A stretch of DNA of 64,000 nucleotides from Azolla caroliniana (Eukaryota; Plantae; Polypodiophyta): contig JBHGNT010000003.1 in assembly GCA_043228905.1 (NCBI GenBank), forward strand, positions 12,834,001 through 12,898,000. Direction: 5' to 3'. The position numbers were made by a program, and so were the translations under genes. Positions within the stretch are counted from its first letter, which is position 1; each line of letters starts with the position of its first letter. This document shows positions 35,501 through 46,442 of this stretch, in pieces. The notes under the pieces are model-generated. The model worked only from the letters and a program-made list of their open reading frames with translations. It was not told where the DNA came from and did no database searches.

Positions 35501-38146
35501 TAGTAGTCGTACCAAAGAAAAACAGCAAAATTAGAGTTTGTGTTGACTACCGTAAGCTTAATGCGGCGATGGTAACATATGCATTCCCACTCCCATTTAC
35601 GGATGGAGTTTTGGACGCAGTCGCCGGCCATGAGGTATACAGTTTCTTAGATGGATTCAACGGATACAACCAGATCCGGATGCACCCTGATGACCAAGAG
35701 AAAACAGCTTTCGTCACCGAATGGGGAGTGTTTGTTGCCATAGTAATGATGTTCGGACTAAAAACGGCGCCGGCAACGTTCTAGAGGATCATCATGGAAA
35801 TATTCGGAGAATTCATACCGGCATTCATGGAGATGTTTCTGGATGACTTCGCCGTCTATAGCCGGGAAGGAGATCACTTTCAGCACCTCCGACTGTGTCT
35901 AGAGAAATGTCGGGCTTACCGGCTAAGCTTGAATCCTGAAAAATGTGTATTCGGAGTGTCAAGCGGGGCGCTATTAGGACACATTGTGAGCAAGGAAGGA
36001 ATTGACGTGGAACCGGACAAAGTAAAAGCAATCTTGGAGGCACCGGCACCAGCAACGGCCAAGGCATTAAGCCGTTTCTTAGGCCAAATCCGGTGGCATA
36101 GCCGAATGCTCCGGTATCTGGCGGACCTAGCTACACCACTGCATGCTGCGGTACACCGAACACCATTCCAGTGGACCGACACCGAAGACAAGGCGTATCG
36201 GGCATTCAAAGTACTATTGTCGCAAGCGCCGGTAGTGCAACCCCCGATTGGGCTAAGGAGTTTCATGTGTTCGTGGATGCGTCCGACATTGCAATCGGAA
36301 GTGCGCTGATGCAACTTACGGAGCCAAGGTGGTACTGGCCTGTGTATTATGCAAGCCAAAAGTTATCCCAAGCCGAACGAAATTATTCCACCACGGAAAG
36401 GGGAGCTTTGGGCATGATCTACAGCGTGACAAAATTCAGACATTATTTGCTGGGAAGGAAATTTTCCTTCCACGTAGATCATTCGGCACTCCTCTATTTA
36501 GTTTCCAAAGCGTCATTAACCGGTAAGTTGGCACGATGGACGTTGCTGTTGTAGGAATTTGAGTTCGAAATATTCCACCGACCCGGCATACAGCACGTAG
36601 TAGTAGACTATTTGAGCCAGTTAGATTCCGGCGAGAGTGGTCACGGAGTCCCGGATGAGTTTCCGGATGCTGAGCTATTTTGAGTCACCGCGGAAACGGC
36701 AACAGATGAAACAGTGGCACAAGAAGATAAGTGGCTAACGAATATGCAACAATTTCTGAGCACCGGATTGCTTCCGGAGGAGATGAACCGGGACGAGAGG
36801 AAACGCCTGGCGGTACAAAGCCGGCGCTTATGTTTATTACGGGACACGCTATACCACAAAGGCACAGACGGTATATGGCGACGGGCGGTGCGCAGCGACG
36901 AGAAGGATATAATACTACGAGAAGCACACTGCGGAGTAGCCGGAGGCCAATACGCCGAAGATGCTACGGCAAGGAAGATATGGCAGAGTGGCCTATGGTG
37001 GCCGACCACATTGAAAGACGCGGTCCGATGCACTAAAGAATGCGATCTATGTCAACGAATGGGCCAGCCAACCGAACAAGCTAGGATTCCGCACCAGCCG
37101 GTACTACCGTTAGAACCATTTCAGAAATGGGGGTTGGATTTTGTAGGTCCATTCAAACCACCGGCAATGAGAGCCGGCAACCGGTATGTGATCGTAGCTA
37201 CGGATTACTGCACGAAATGTGTAGAAACCAAAGCCTTGCGCGATAACACCGCGGCGTCGATGGCGAAATTCTTGTATGAATACATTTGGTGCCGGTATGG
37301 ATGTCTGATAGAGCTAATAAGTGACCAAGGAGGGCATTCCTCGGCCAAGTGGTGGAAAGCTTGCCATCGTTCTATGTCGTGGTGCATAAACGGAGCACGC
37401 CATACTATCCGCAAGCAAACGGGTTAGCCGAGTCGACGAACAAAACGCTACAGAATATCCTTCGGAAAATCGTCAACGAAAACCGGATAGACAGGGATAC
37501 GAAGTTGCACAGTGCACTCTGGGCTTACCAGACAGCCTACAAAACAAGCATCCAAACCACACCGTTCCGGCTAGCATTCGGATTGGAGGCCATCATGCCG
37601 GTAGAGTTCCAGGTCCCGAGCTTACGGATTCAGATTAGGGAACGGTTAAATGAGAAGGAATCGGAGGCAATTCGGTTAGCAGCTCTGTGCGAATTAGAAG
37701 AACACCGTCTAGCGAGCATCTTGCACCTGGAATTAGAAAAATGACGAAGAAAAGCATTCATGGATCGGCACCGAAAAGGCAACGAGAAAATGTTTGAAAT
37801 CGACAAGCCGACATTAGTGTTCCAGACCCGGATGGGGAAGATGCCAGGGAAGCTTAGGTTTCGGTGGACCGGACCATACTGGATTACGCGCGAGTACAAC
37901 GGGTCTTACCAGTTAGGGACACTTGTCGGCGAGGTCCTGGGTAAGTGGGTCAACGGATTTCGACTAAAGCCATACAAGGGACCCATGCCGAGGAACCCAT
38001 TTGAACAAGGAAAGGACGATGCCGAACCAGATACCGGGATACCAGAAACGACGACAACCCGATTAGCAATCGGCAACAACGAAACCGGTAAGGGGAACAA
38101 AGAGTCGGCACACGGGTTGGATAGGACCAGAGACAAATTAACCTAA
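32593..38146 (+). pseudogene. Gypsy D gag-pol, multiple stops and frameshifts
   Basis: Zn knuckles, IDGGSGVN protease, VDYRKLN/FLDD RT, VDASD RNase H, WGLDFVGP integrase, WTGPY. Confidence 0.93.
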
Positions 38147-38530
38147 CAATTGATTTTTAAAATAAAAAAAATAAAAAATCAAAACGAATCAAAGAAATCA
38201 TGCAAAGGAGTGGGGTGAACGGACATGCAAACGAGGAGTAAAGAGATACTTCAAAAAGGCACGAGGGGGCTATGAATAGGGCATTAAACCGCCGCCATAT
38301 GGCACGTAATGCTATTATAGTACACTACCTACACACGCGTAGGCTCGAAAAAGGCGCCAAGATGCAGAGAGAAAACCCCCGACGCATCGAGACCTTCTTC
38401 TTTTGCGAACCAAAGAGCACAAACGCACACAAGCGCTTGAAGATCATCAGAAGAGAGCCCACACATAGAGAACCCCCTCACAAAGAGGTTTCTCTCTCTC
38501 ACTCCCTCCACCGTCAAACCTTGCCAACGC

Positions 38531-39578
38531 TGTCGTGAAGATCCATCACTACGCATGGATCGTGAGGCGGAACCACCGGGGTTTTGAACCGGAAGGATTC
38601 AAAGTTGATACAAGCTTTGGCGCAAGCTTTAGCGAGAAAATACTTAAGATAGATTGGGAAAGAGAGAAGTTGAGATTACACGATTGAGAGAGATTGATTG
38701 AACTTTTAACTTTAGATTTAAGAAATAAGTTACACGATCAATTGGATAACGAATTTCCTCTTCTTAATTTCATAAAAAAAAAACATGTTTTTTCTTCTCC
38801 CCCTTCCTTCTTTTATAGATGCTCTCATGCATATGATGCATGTGAGGGTACAAGACATGCATAAATTGCATGTTTGCCATTTGGCGCTTATGTGGTGCAT
38901 GATAACCATGTCACTCATTTTAGCTCTCATGTATAAGAATTTACATGTAAAAGTACAATGATAGAAATATAAATTCAACTAAATGGCATGGCTTAATGGT
39001 AAGCCAATTGACTCTTAACTTGGAGGTGAAAGGTTCGAATCCTTACTTGCCCTCCTTGTATATGTATATATATTTATATATTTATTTATCTAGTCGCCGG
39101 AAGCCGGTTCGCCGGTTGCCGCCGTCGTCGGATGCCGTCGGTTACCGGTGCCTCGTCGGATGCCGTCGTCTCACCGGCTCCATCGCCGGTCCGGTTTTGG
39201 TTGGCCAAAACCCTTAACGAGTAGCTAGCCCACCTCCACTCTTAGTTCAAGTTACCTTGAACTCTCTATGCTCCACACATAGACACAAAGATAATATCTT
39301 TTGCTCTACCTTGTATATGATGAGAGCCGTATTTGTCGTGCCTATGTGGGATATCTCACAATTGTCTCTTTTCCTTTCACAAACTTTATACCCTCATATC
39401 TTGACATTTAGTTGTTTGTTTCTCGTGTAATAAAGTGCATTCGAAACCTCCATCATTTTGTACTTAGATATTAAATTTATTTAAAATGTTATCTTCACAA
39501 TTATTGTATTATGTGATTCATACTCGATTTCGTACGTTTTATGGGATTTTCACACTATTGCCGAAAATCTTCACAACA
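38531..39578 (-). repeat. Gypsy J 3' LTR
   Basis: TGTCGTGAAGAT...ATCTTCACAACA; matches 45402-46442. Confidence 0.95.
38985..39051 (+). promoter_or_regulatory. tRNA-like A-box/B-box cassette inside J LTR (second copy 45838-45904)
   Basis: TGGCTTAATGG (38989-38999), GGCTTA/TAAGCC stem, CTCTTAA loop, GGTTCGAATCC (39032-39042). Confidence 0.65.
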
Positions 39579-39650
39579 TCCACCCCCACCAAACCGCACG
39601 TCCTCCGGTACGTGCCAACAAGAGAGAAAGTGAGATTTCGGCTACGATGA

Positions 39651-42600
39651 TCAATTAGATTCCTCCATGTCTTCATTTTCATCCGGCCTATTATGTTCAT
39701 CGTCGAGGTAATTGAGGTCAGGATCCTTGTCTTGTCTTTTCTTGAAAATCTTTACTCTTTTTCCCGCAATGGGTACGGCCAACCTTGATCCGTCTAGTTC
39801 CGCAAGGTGGTATGTGGCATTATCGTTGGAACTTGTCACCACATACGGCCCGAACCATTTTCTTGCGAACTTCCTTGTTGTACTGTGTTGATTGTCAAGG
39901 GTGCTATCGTAAACCAAAACCCAATCCCCTTCTTCAATCTTCTTGGGACGAAGTCGATGTGTGTTGTCGAACCGAACCTTGTTCTTTACTCGGGCTGCCT
40001 TTATCATCTTTCGCGCTTTTTCTAAATCTTTAGGTCTTCTTTCAAGTTTCCTTATCCGCGCCGCTAATAACTCTTCTCGGCTCATCTTGTTCTCCCACGG
40101 TATTGCTACCCATGAGGCGATCGTCCTTTCGATGGGCATAATCGGCTTTTGTCCATACATAAGCTCTGTCGGCATATACCCGGTCACCGAGCTATGTGTC
40201 ATTCTATCGGCCCACAAGGCATAGGGTAATAGTCGTGGCCAATTCCCGACTCGACCGTTGCATGCCCGTATGATGGCTTTAACGATAGGTCCATGCCCTC
40301 ACTCGATCTTCCCATTCTCTTCCGGATTGTAGGCAGTCGTGAGGGAGAGCTTCACGCCTAGTCTTTCGAAGAGCTCTGTCGCTTCATGCGCGTCCAACTC
40401 CCCTCGGTCGGCCACTATCTTCCCTACACATCCATATCGGCAAACAACCTCTTCAAGCGGAAATTTGCAAACGGCTGAAGTTGTCTTATTTGTCAAGGCT
40501 CGTCCTTCCACTTGATTCGTCAAGTCTTCCCTCGCCAGCGCTAAGTACTTCATTTGTCCCACTCCCATTGGCATCGAGACCAGATCCACCATCCATTTGA
40601 AGTGTATGGTGAGTGGGTATGTCGGCTGTAACTCATCACGATGACGTATATTTGAATATATTTGGCAAGTTTCGCATGTGGACCCGAAATGGAGTACATC
40701 TTGTTACATGCTTGGCCACCAGTACTTCTCCTTCAACTTTTCGAACGTCGTCCATGTTCCTCTATGACCTACCCAAGCACTCTCATGGAATTCGGTCATC
40801 AGCGTCTCTTGCTCTTCTTTCTTTACCACCACTCGACGTGGTATTCCTGTCCTTCTTTTTGGATGTCGCCAAAGGAATCCTCCCTTCAAGAAGTATCGGT
40901 AAGCTTTCTTTCGGATCCGTAGGGCCTCCTCCTTTGTCAACGAAGCATCTGTCGTCAATGTTCTTAGGAATCTACCGATGAGTAACCACTCTCCTTCGTA
41001 CTCGTTCTCGTTGAAGGCGTGGAGGGTTTGCGTGTCCTGGTCTTCCGCCGACAATCGAGCCATCTTGAAGAAGTCGAGGGCGACATCTTCATCTTCCGAA
41101 ACCATGTTACTTCCGTTTGAAAATCTTGCCCTCGACAGCATGTCAGCCATGGCGTTCTTCTTCCCTGCAATGTGACGGATCTCTGGGTTTAAAGACTTGA
41201 TGTAGGCAATCCACCTTAGCATAGCAAGATCTGGGGTCGCACATCCCGAGACCATTCCGAGAATTGGGAGACAATCTGCAACTATTATCACTTCTGACCC
41301 GATCAGGTAATCTTTGTCCGTCTTCACTTCCGACACAATACCCCAAAGTTTCCACTTGACTTGGGCATATCTTTGTTGCCGTTCGCTGAGAACCTTTGCT
41401 CCGAACCGGATGGCATATCGCGCATTATCTTCACCTTCTTGATTGATGACCCACCCGATTCCGGTTGGGCTCGTATCTACGGTTACGTAAATTGGTTTCC
41501 CTTCGGCATAGTCGGCCTTCCTTAGTGCCAGAGCTTCAAGAAGCAGTTTCTTTAATCTTCGCATCGCCTTTGTGTGCTCGTCTCGCCATTCAAACTTTAT
41601 TCTTTTCTTTAGTAGTCCATATAACGGTTCGGCGACATGAGCGTAGTGAGGAATCCATATATGATAAAACGCGCACGCTCCAAGGAACCTTCGAACCTCC
41701 GTTTGGTTTTTGCATTCTTCTTTCATGTCTTGGATTGCGTTCACTTTGGATGGCGAGGGCTTCCGGCCGTATGCTCCACACAAGTGACCTACCACCAAGA
41801 TCTCTGATTGCCCGAATGCGGATTTTTCTCCCGAAAATGACAAATTCGCATCTTCGAGCCTTTGAAGCACCTTCTCGCAATCTTTCATATGATCCGCAAC
41901 GAACTTTCTACAACCTTCCTTATCTTTCGATTCATCTTTCTCCTCATCTGAACATCCTTTTATCGGAATATCATCCAAGAATGGCATCGTGATGTCCGGA
42001 ATGCAATCCTTCAAGACTTTATTCATGGCATTCACCATATGAGCTACCGAGTTCGTTGCGCCTTGGGGTAAGGTACACATCCGCACAAGCCCGATCGGAG
42101 TCCTCATGGTTGTAATGTCCCGACTGTCAATCGCCAATTGGAATTGGTCATATCCGGAGTAGAGATCGCCAATGGAGTAGATGGACCGGCCCGCAAACGC
42201 TTCGGCAAATTCGTCCACGCTTGGACCGATTCCGACATTTCGAATTGTCACCTTGTTGACGGGTTGAAGATCTTGGATGAATCGCAATGATCCATTCTTC
42301 TTCGGCACCGTGAACCACCTATTGGAATAAGGAGCATTCGACGGTTCTAGAATTCCCATACTCACCTTCTCCTTTAAGAGCTCGATCAACTTCGGGAGGT
42401 GTGCTCTCGGAACCGGTATCGGTTTCAAATTCCAAGGCATATGAGGCACCGTGAAGATCACCATCGGCTCTATAACCTTTGGGTTGGCGCCTCCGATTTC
42501 TCGTGGGAAGAATGCGAAAGCCTTTCCATGTCTCTCAAGCATATCGCGAAACATTCGCTCCTCTTCAGGGAGAAGGAAATCCTCCTTTCCAACTCGTAGC

Positions 42601-43145
42601 TTCCCCTTCGTCTCTTTGGTGAAGACATGACCTATCTTCTTCGGATCTCTTAAGCTTGGATCGTTAGCGACTTCCTTCATCTTTTGCCAACTATCTTCCG
42701 GTAGCGGAACCGCAACTGGCTTGATCTTCTTATCCACCGTTTTATATTTCGTGTTGATGTCAGCTTCCTTCATCGAGATGCCACGACGGTATTCATCGAT
42801 GATAGCGTACATGTTCATGGAGTTAACCGAAATCACGCGTTGGTTGTGAAGATAGCTCAAGTCCACGACGTCCTCGATTTCGCCGATGGTGTCGTTAAAT
42901 GAGGCTTCTTCCATAATATGAGTCACGAACTCTCCTTCTTCTATTATGTTCTCTTCTTTCAGCATCTTCTCGAATTCTTGTATCCGGCGCTTGTGCTTCT
43001 TGTCGGGTAGTACTAGTTTACATGCGCTACTAGGTGTGACACATGTTGCTTCTCCTTGCAATCCACACACTCTTCTTTCTTGTGGGGTCTTGTGATTGCT
43101 CGGACTATTTGTGCCCCATGCTTCAATAGTCCACTCTAAAAATCC
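39651..43145 (-). pseudogene. Gypsy J pol (RT-RNase H intact, integrase disrupted)
   Basis: RFIQDLQPVNK, DLYSGYDQF, TLPQGATNSV, FLDD, VDTSPTGIG, ADRGEL, KWFGPY. Confidence 0.93.
43083..43145 (-). promoter_or_regulatory. Putative -1 ribosomal frameshift signal (slippery heptamer + pseudoknot)
   Basis: G GAT TTT TAG, 6-nt spacer, GGACTATT/AATAGTCC stem, loop TGGGG pairing with downstream CCCCA; pol open in -1 frame. Confidence 0.75.
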
Positions 43146-45340
43146 GAGGTTTCGCCTCCGAGACTATCTCGATTCCTTTCATGATTGGCTCACACCGTTA
43201 GGAATTGGACCGATCTTTGGTTGTCAAGACTCTTTATTCGTGCAAAGGCTGCTCCATTATCGAACACTCTGGTCTCCATCTGAGATGATGTGATATAAGG
43301 TTGCCCTAGGATGACAGGATGCGACGCCAATTCTTGTACGAAGAAGTGTTGATCCATCTCCACATCCCCGATCGTGACTTTGACATTGGGACAAGCTCCG
43401 TACAAATCCTCCGTAGACTTTGTTGCCGCGCGAATCTTCCATCTGTGGTTTGTATTGATTGGCCATCTTCCTTTTTTGTAGAAGTCGGTTGACATGAGGT
43501 TGATCTCCGAGTCGTGGTCGATCAAGGCTACCATGGTCTCTTTCTTCTCCCCGATCTTCACCGGCGTCTCCGTTGTCGCTCGTGCCCAATGAGGTCGAGT
43601 GTAGTGGTTGTCCACCATATCTTCATCGATTTCATCTCTTGCCATCGTTATGGCATTCGTTTTTGCTTTTTGCGGCTTCTCTTCTTCCTCGTCCGATTGT
43701 TGTCTCTTTCTCTTTACAAGGTCCGTGATCGTGTCACGGAACTCCTTCTTCATAATGCCAAGCAATTCCCTCAAGGACAAAGTTACGTGGCTATCAAGAA
43801 CTCGTTCTTCGAGAATCTTCTTTAGGTCCGTCATCTGCTCTATGTCCGACCTTAGCTTATAGGTAGGTATAGTCCTTGTCCTCCGAGCGGGGTCTTCGAC
43901 ACCAACCTTCACGGGCCGAACCGTTTCTTCAACTCGTATGCCCGGCTCCCCTTTTCGGCTTGATTCTCGTTCCTCCGTTTGTAAAGGTCGACTCGTCTCC
44001 GCATCGTCCTTCTTTTTCTCGTTCCTTGTTTCATGTCTTTTTGATGGGCCTTGCTCTTCTATTCTCTTTCTCTTTTCTTCGACGAACACCTCGTGGTTGT
44101 CGCACATCACCTCTGCGAGTATGGTGTTGTCGTCCACCGGATCCGACCACCCGGTTATGCTTTGCACGCTTCGGTCTGCAAGCTCTACCTCGTTCAATGT
44201 GACTTTTCCCTTCTTCTCATATTCAAGAACGGAAGTCCAAAACTTTGCTCCCGCTCTAGCAGCTTCAGTCTTGTCTTTCCCGACTCTTATTCCGGCCGAC
44301 GCAACATAGTGCATCGCATCCACATGAGTCGCATCGGCATCCTCCATAGATTTCTTCATTCCTCCTCTTCCGAAATTCACCCGTAGGGGTCTTCTAGTCT
44401 CGCTTGAGCAGATCATGTTGTCCTCTATGTATACGATATTTTGTCGAATCGCCTCTCGAAGGCTCGCACAATCCCTTCTCATGTGGTCCATGCTATCGCA
44501 CCACACGCATCTAAAGGGTTCTTTTCCTTTAGGGCCCCGACGATTCATGTTGGCTAGCGTGACCTTCTCGAACATCTTCGCTAGCTCTTCAATGATGTTG
44601 TCATCAATCTTCTTTTCTTCCACGTTACTTTGTCTTGGCGGCTCAGCTACTTTCGGCGGTCTTGCTTTCTCTGTGGTAGTCGGTCCCGTCAAGTCGGTGT
44701 CATCAACCCATTGGCGACGCTTGTCGAGCCTATTGCATGCCCGCTTCACCGCGATCCAGTCTGCTACGAGCCCATTTGCTTGGGTATCATCTTCGAGAAG
44801 AGTCCCCAACTCCTGTCTATCCTTTATGTCCACGGCCTTCAAGAAGTACAAAGTCTTGTCCTCTTCAAGCAACACTTGGTCCGTATTGGGGAGACGACTA
44901 AACATCTGGTCGAATTCGTCGTACACCCTCGAGACGCTCATCTTCTTATTCTTCTTCTCTATCCACTTCATCAGGGCATGTCGAGTCATCCTCGTTGAGT
45001 CTTCAGTCACGAACTCCGCTTGTATCGTTTTCTTGAACTCGGACCATGCTGTCTTACCTTCTTGAAGCTCGATGACGCATCTTTGGATGTTGTTGGCGAC
45101 AACTCTCTTGAAGCTTGCGATTTGACGTGCCTCGGACACGTCCCTCTGATTCATCTCCCTTCTATATGCATCAAGGAACTTCGTAACATTCCTTCCATCG
45201 AATTGGCCCTCGAGCTCTACGACACGATCAACAACCTTCTCCACACTCGCGTCGTTGTCCCGAGATCTCATCATTTGCTCGACGATTAGCATCATCCTTT
45301 CGAGCTCTCCCGCTTGGTTGCTTGAGGACGCCATCTCCAA
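43136..45340 (-). pseudogene. Gypsy J gag-protease ORF (premature TGA at 43190; likely natural stop 43136)
   Basis: FDGRNVTKFL, CVWCDSMDHMRRDC knuckle, ALIDHDSEINLM...VILGQPY protease. Confidence 0.88.
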
Positions 45341-45375
45341 GTATTAATCTCGACTTGATCCTTCCTACCACCTAT

Positions 45376-45393
45376 TTCACGTCGGGTTCACCA
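45376..45393 (-). promoter_or_regulatory. PBS, tRNA-Trp
   Basis: ttcacgtcgggttcacca matches the plant tRNA-Trp 3' end as recalled; 8 bp from LTR. Confidence 0.85.
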
Positions 45394-45401
45394 CTTAATT
45401 A

Positions 45402-46442
45402 TGTCGTGAAGATCCGTCACTACGCGCGGATCGTGAGGCGGAACCGCCGGGGTTCTAGACGGGAAGGATTCAAAGTTGGTACAAGCTTTGGCGCAAGCTT
45501 TAGCGAGAAAGTACTTAAGATAGATTGGGAAAGAGAGAAGTTGAGATTGATTGAACTTTTAACTTTAGATTTAAGAAATAAGTTACACGATCAATTTGAT
45601 AACGAATTTCCTCTTCTTAATTTCATAAAAAAAAAACGTGTTTTTTCTCCTTCCCCTTCCTTCTTTTATAGATGCTCTCATGCATATGATGCATGTGAGG
45701 GTACAAGACATGCATAAATTGCATGTTTGCCATTTGGCGCTTATGTGGTGCATGATAACCATGTCACTCATTTTAGCTCTCATGTATGAGAATTTACATG
45801 TAAAAGTACAATGATAGAAATATAAATTCAACTAAATGGCATGGCTTAATGGTAAGCCAATTGACTCCTAACTTGGAGGTGCAAGGTTCGAATCTTTACT
45901 TGCCCTCCTTGTATATGTATATATGTATATATATTTATATATTTATTTATCTAGTCGCCGGATGCCGTCGTCTCACCACCGCCGGATACCGTCGCCTGTT
46001 GCCGTCGGTTACCGGTGCCCCGCCGGATGCCGGATCACCGGCTCCATCGCAAGTCCGGTTTTGGTTGGCCAAAACCCTTTACGAGTAGCTAGCCCACCTC
46101 CACTCTTAGTTCAAGTTACCTTGAACTCTCTATGCTCCACACATAAACACAAAGATAATATCTTTTGCTCTACCTTATATACGATGAGAGCCGTATTTGT
46201 CGTGCCTATGTGGGATATCTCACAATTGTCTCTTTTCCTTTCACAAACTTTATACGCTCATATCTTGACATTTAGTTATCTGTTTCTCGTGTAATAAAGT
46301 GCATTCGAAACCTCCATCATTTTGTACTTAGATATTAAATTGATTTAAAATGTTATCTTCACAATTATAGTATTATGTGATTCATACTCGATTTCGTACG
46401 TTTTATGGGATTTTCACACTATTGACGAAAATCTTCACGACA
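45402..46442 (-). repeat. Gypsy J 5' LTR
   Basis: TGTCGTGAAGAT...ATCTTCACGACA 12-bp inverted termini. Confidence 0.95.

Larger units (their letters stand above)
38531..46442 (-). mobile_element. Gypsy element J, full length, 4-bp TSD ACGC/ATGC
   Basis: ~1.04-kb LTRs 38531-39578 and 45402-46442; PBS-Trp; PPT 39579-39590; acgc 38527-38530 / atgc 46443-46446. Confidence 0.95.

Noticed and set aside
38985-39051. Functional tRNA-Lys gene
   Set aside because: Acceptor and anticodon stems pair poorly and the second LTR copy changes the loop; kept only as tRNA-like
44415-45065. Long antisense ORFs (also 12307-13089, 57088-57957, 58982-59761, 60212-60943)
   Set aside because: Shadows of coding or T-poor opposite strands; no recognisable motifs
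46377-46442. ORF start MIHTRF... as N-terminus of the extra ORF
   Set aside because: These codons lie in the J LTR; chimeric with host sequence
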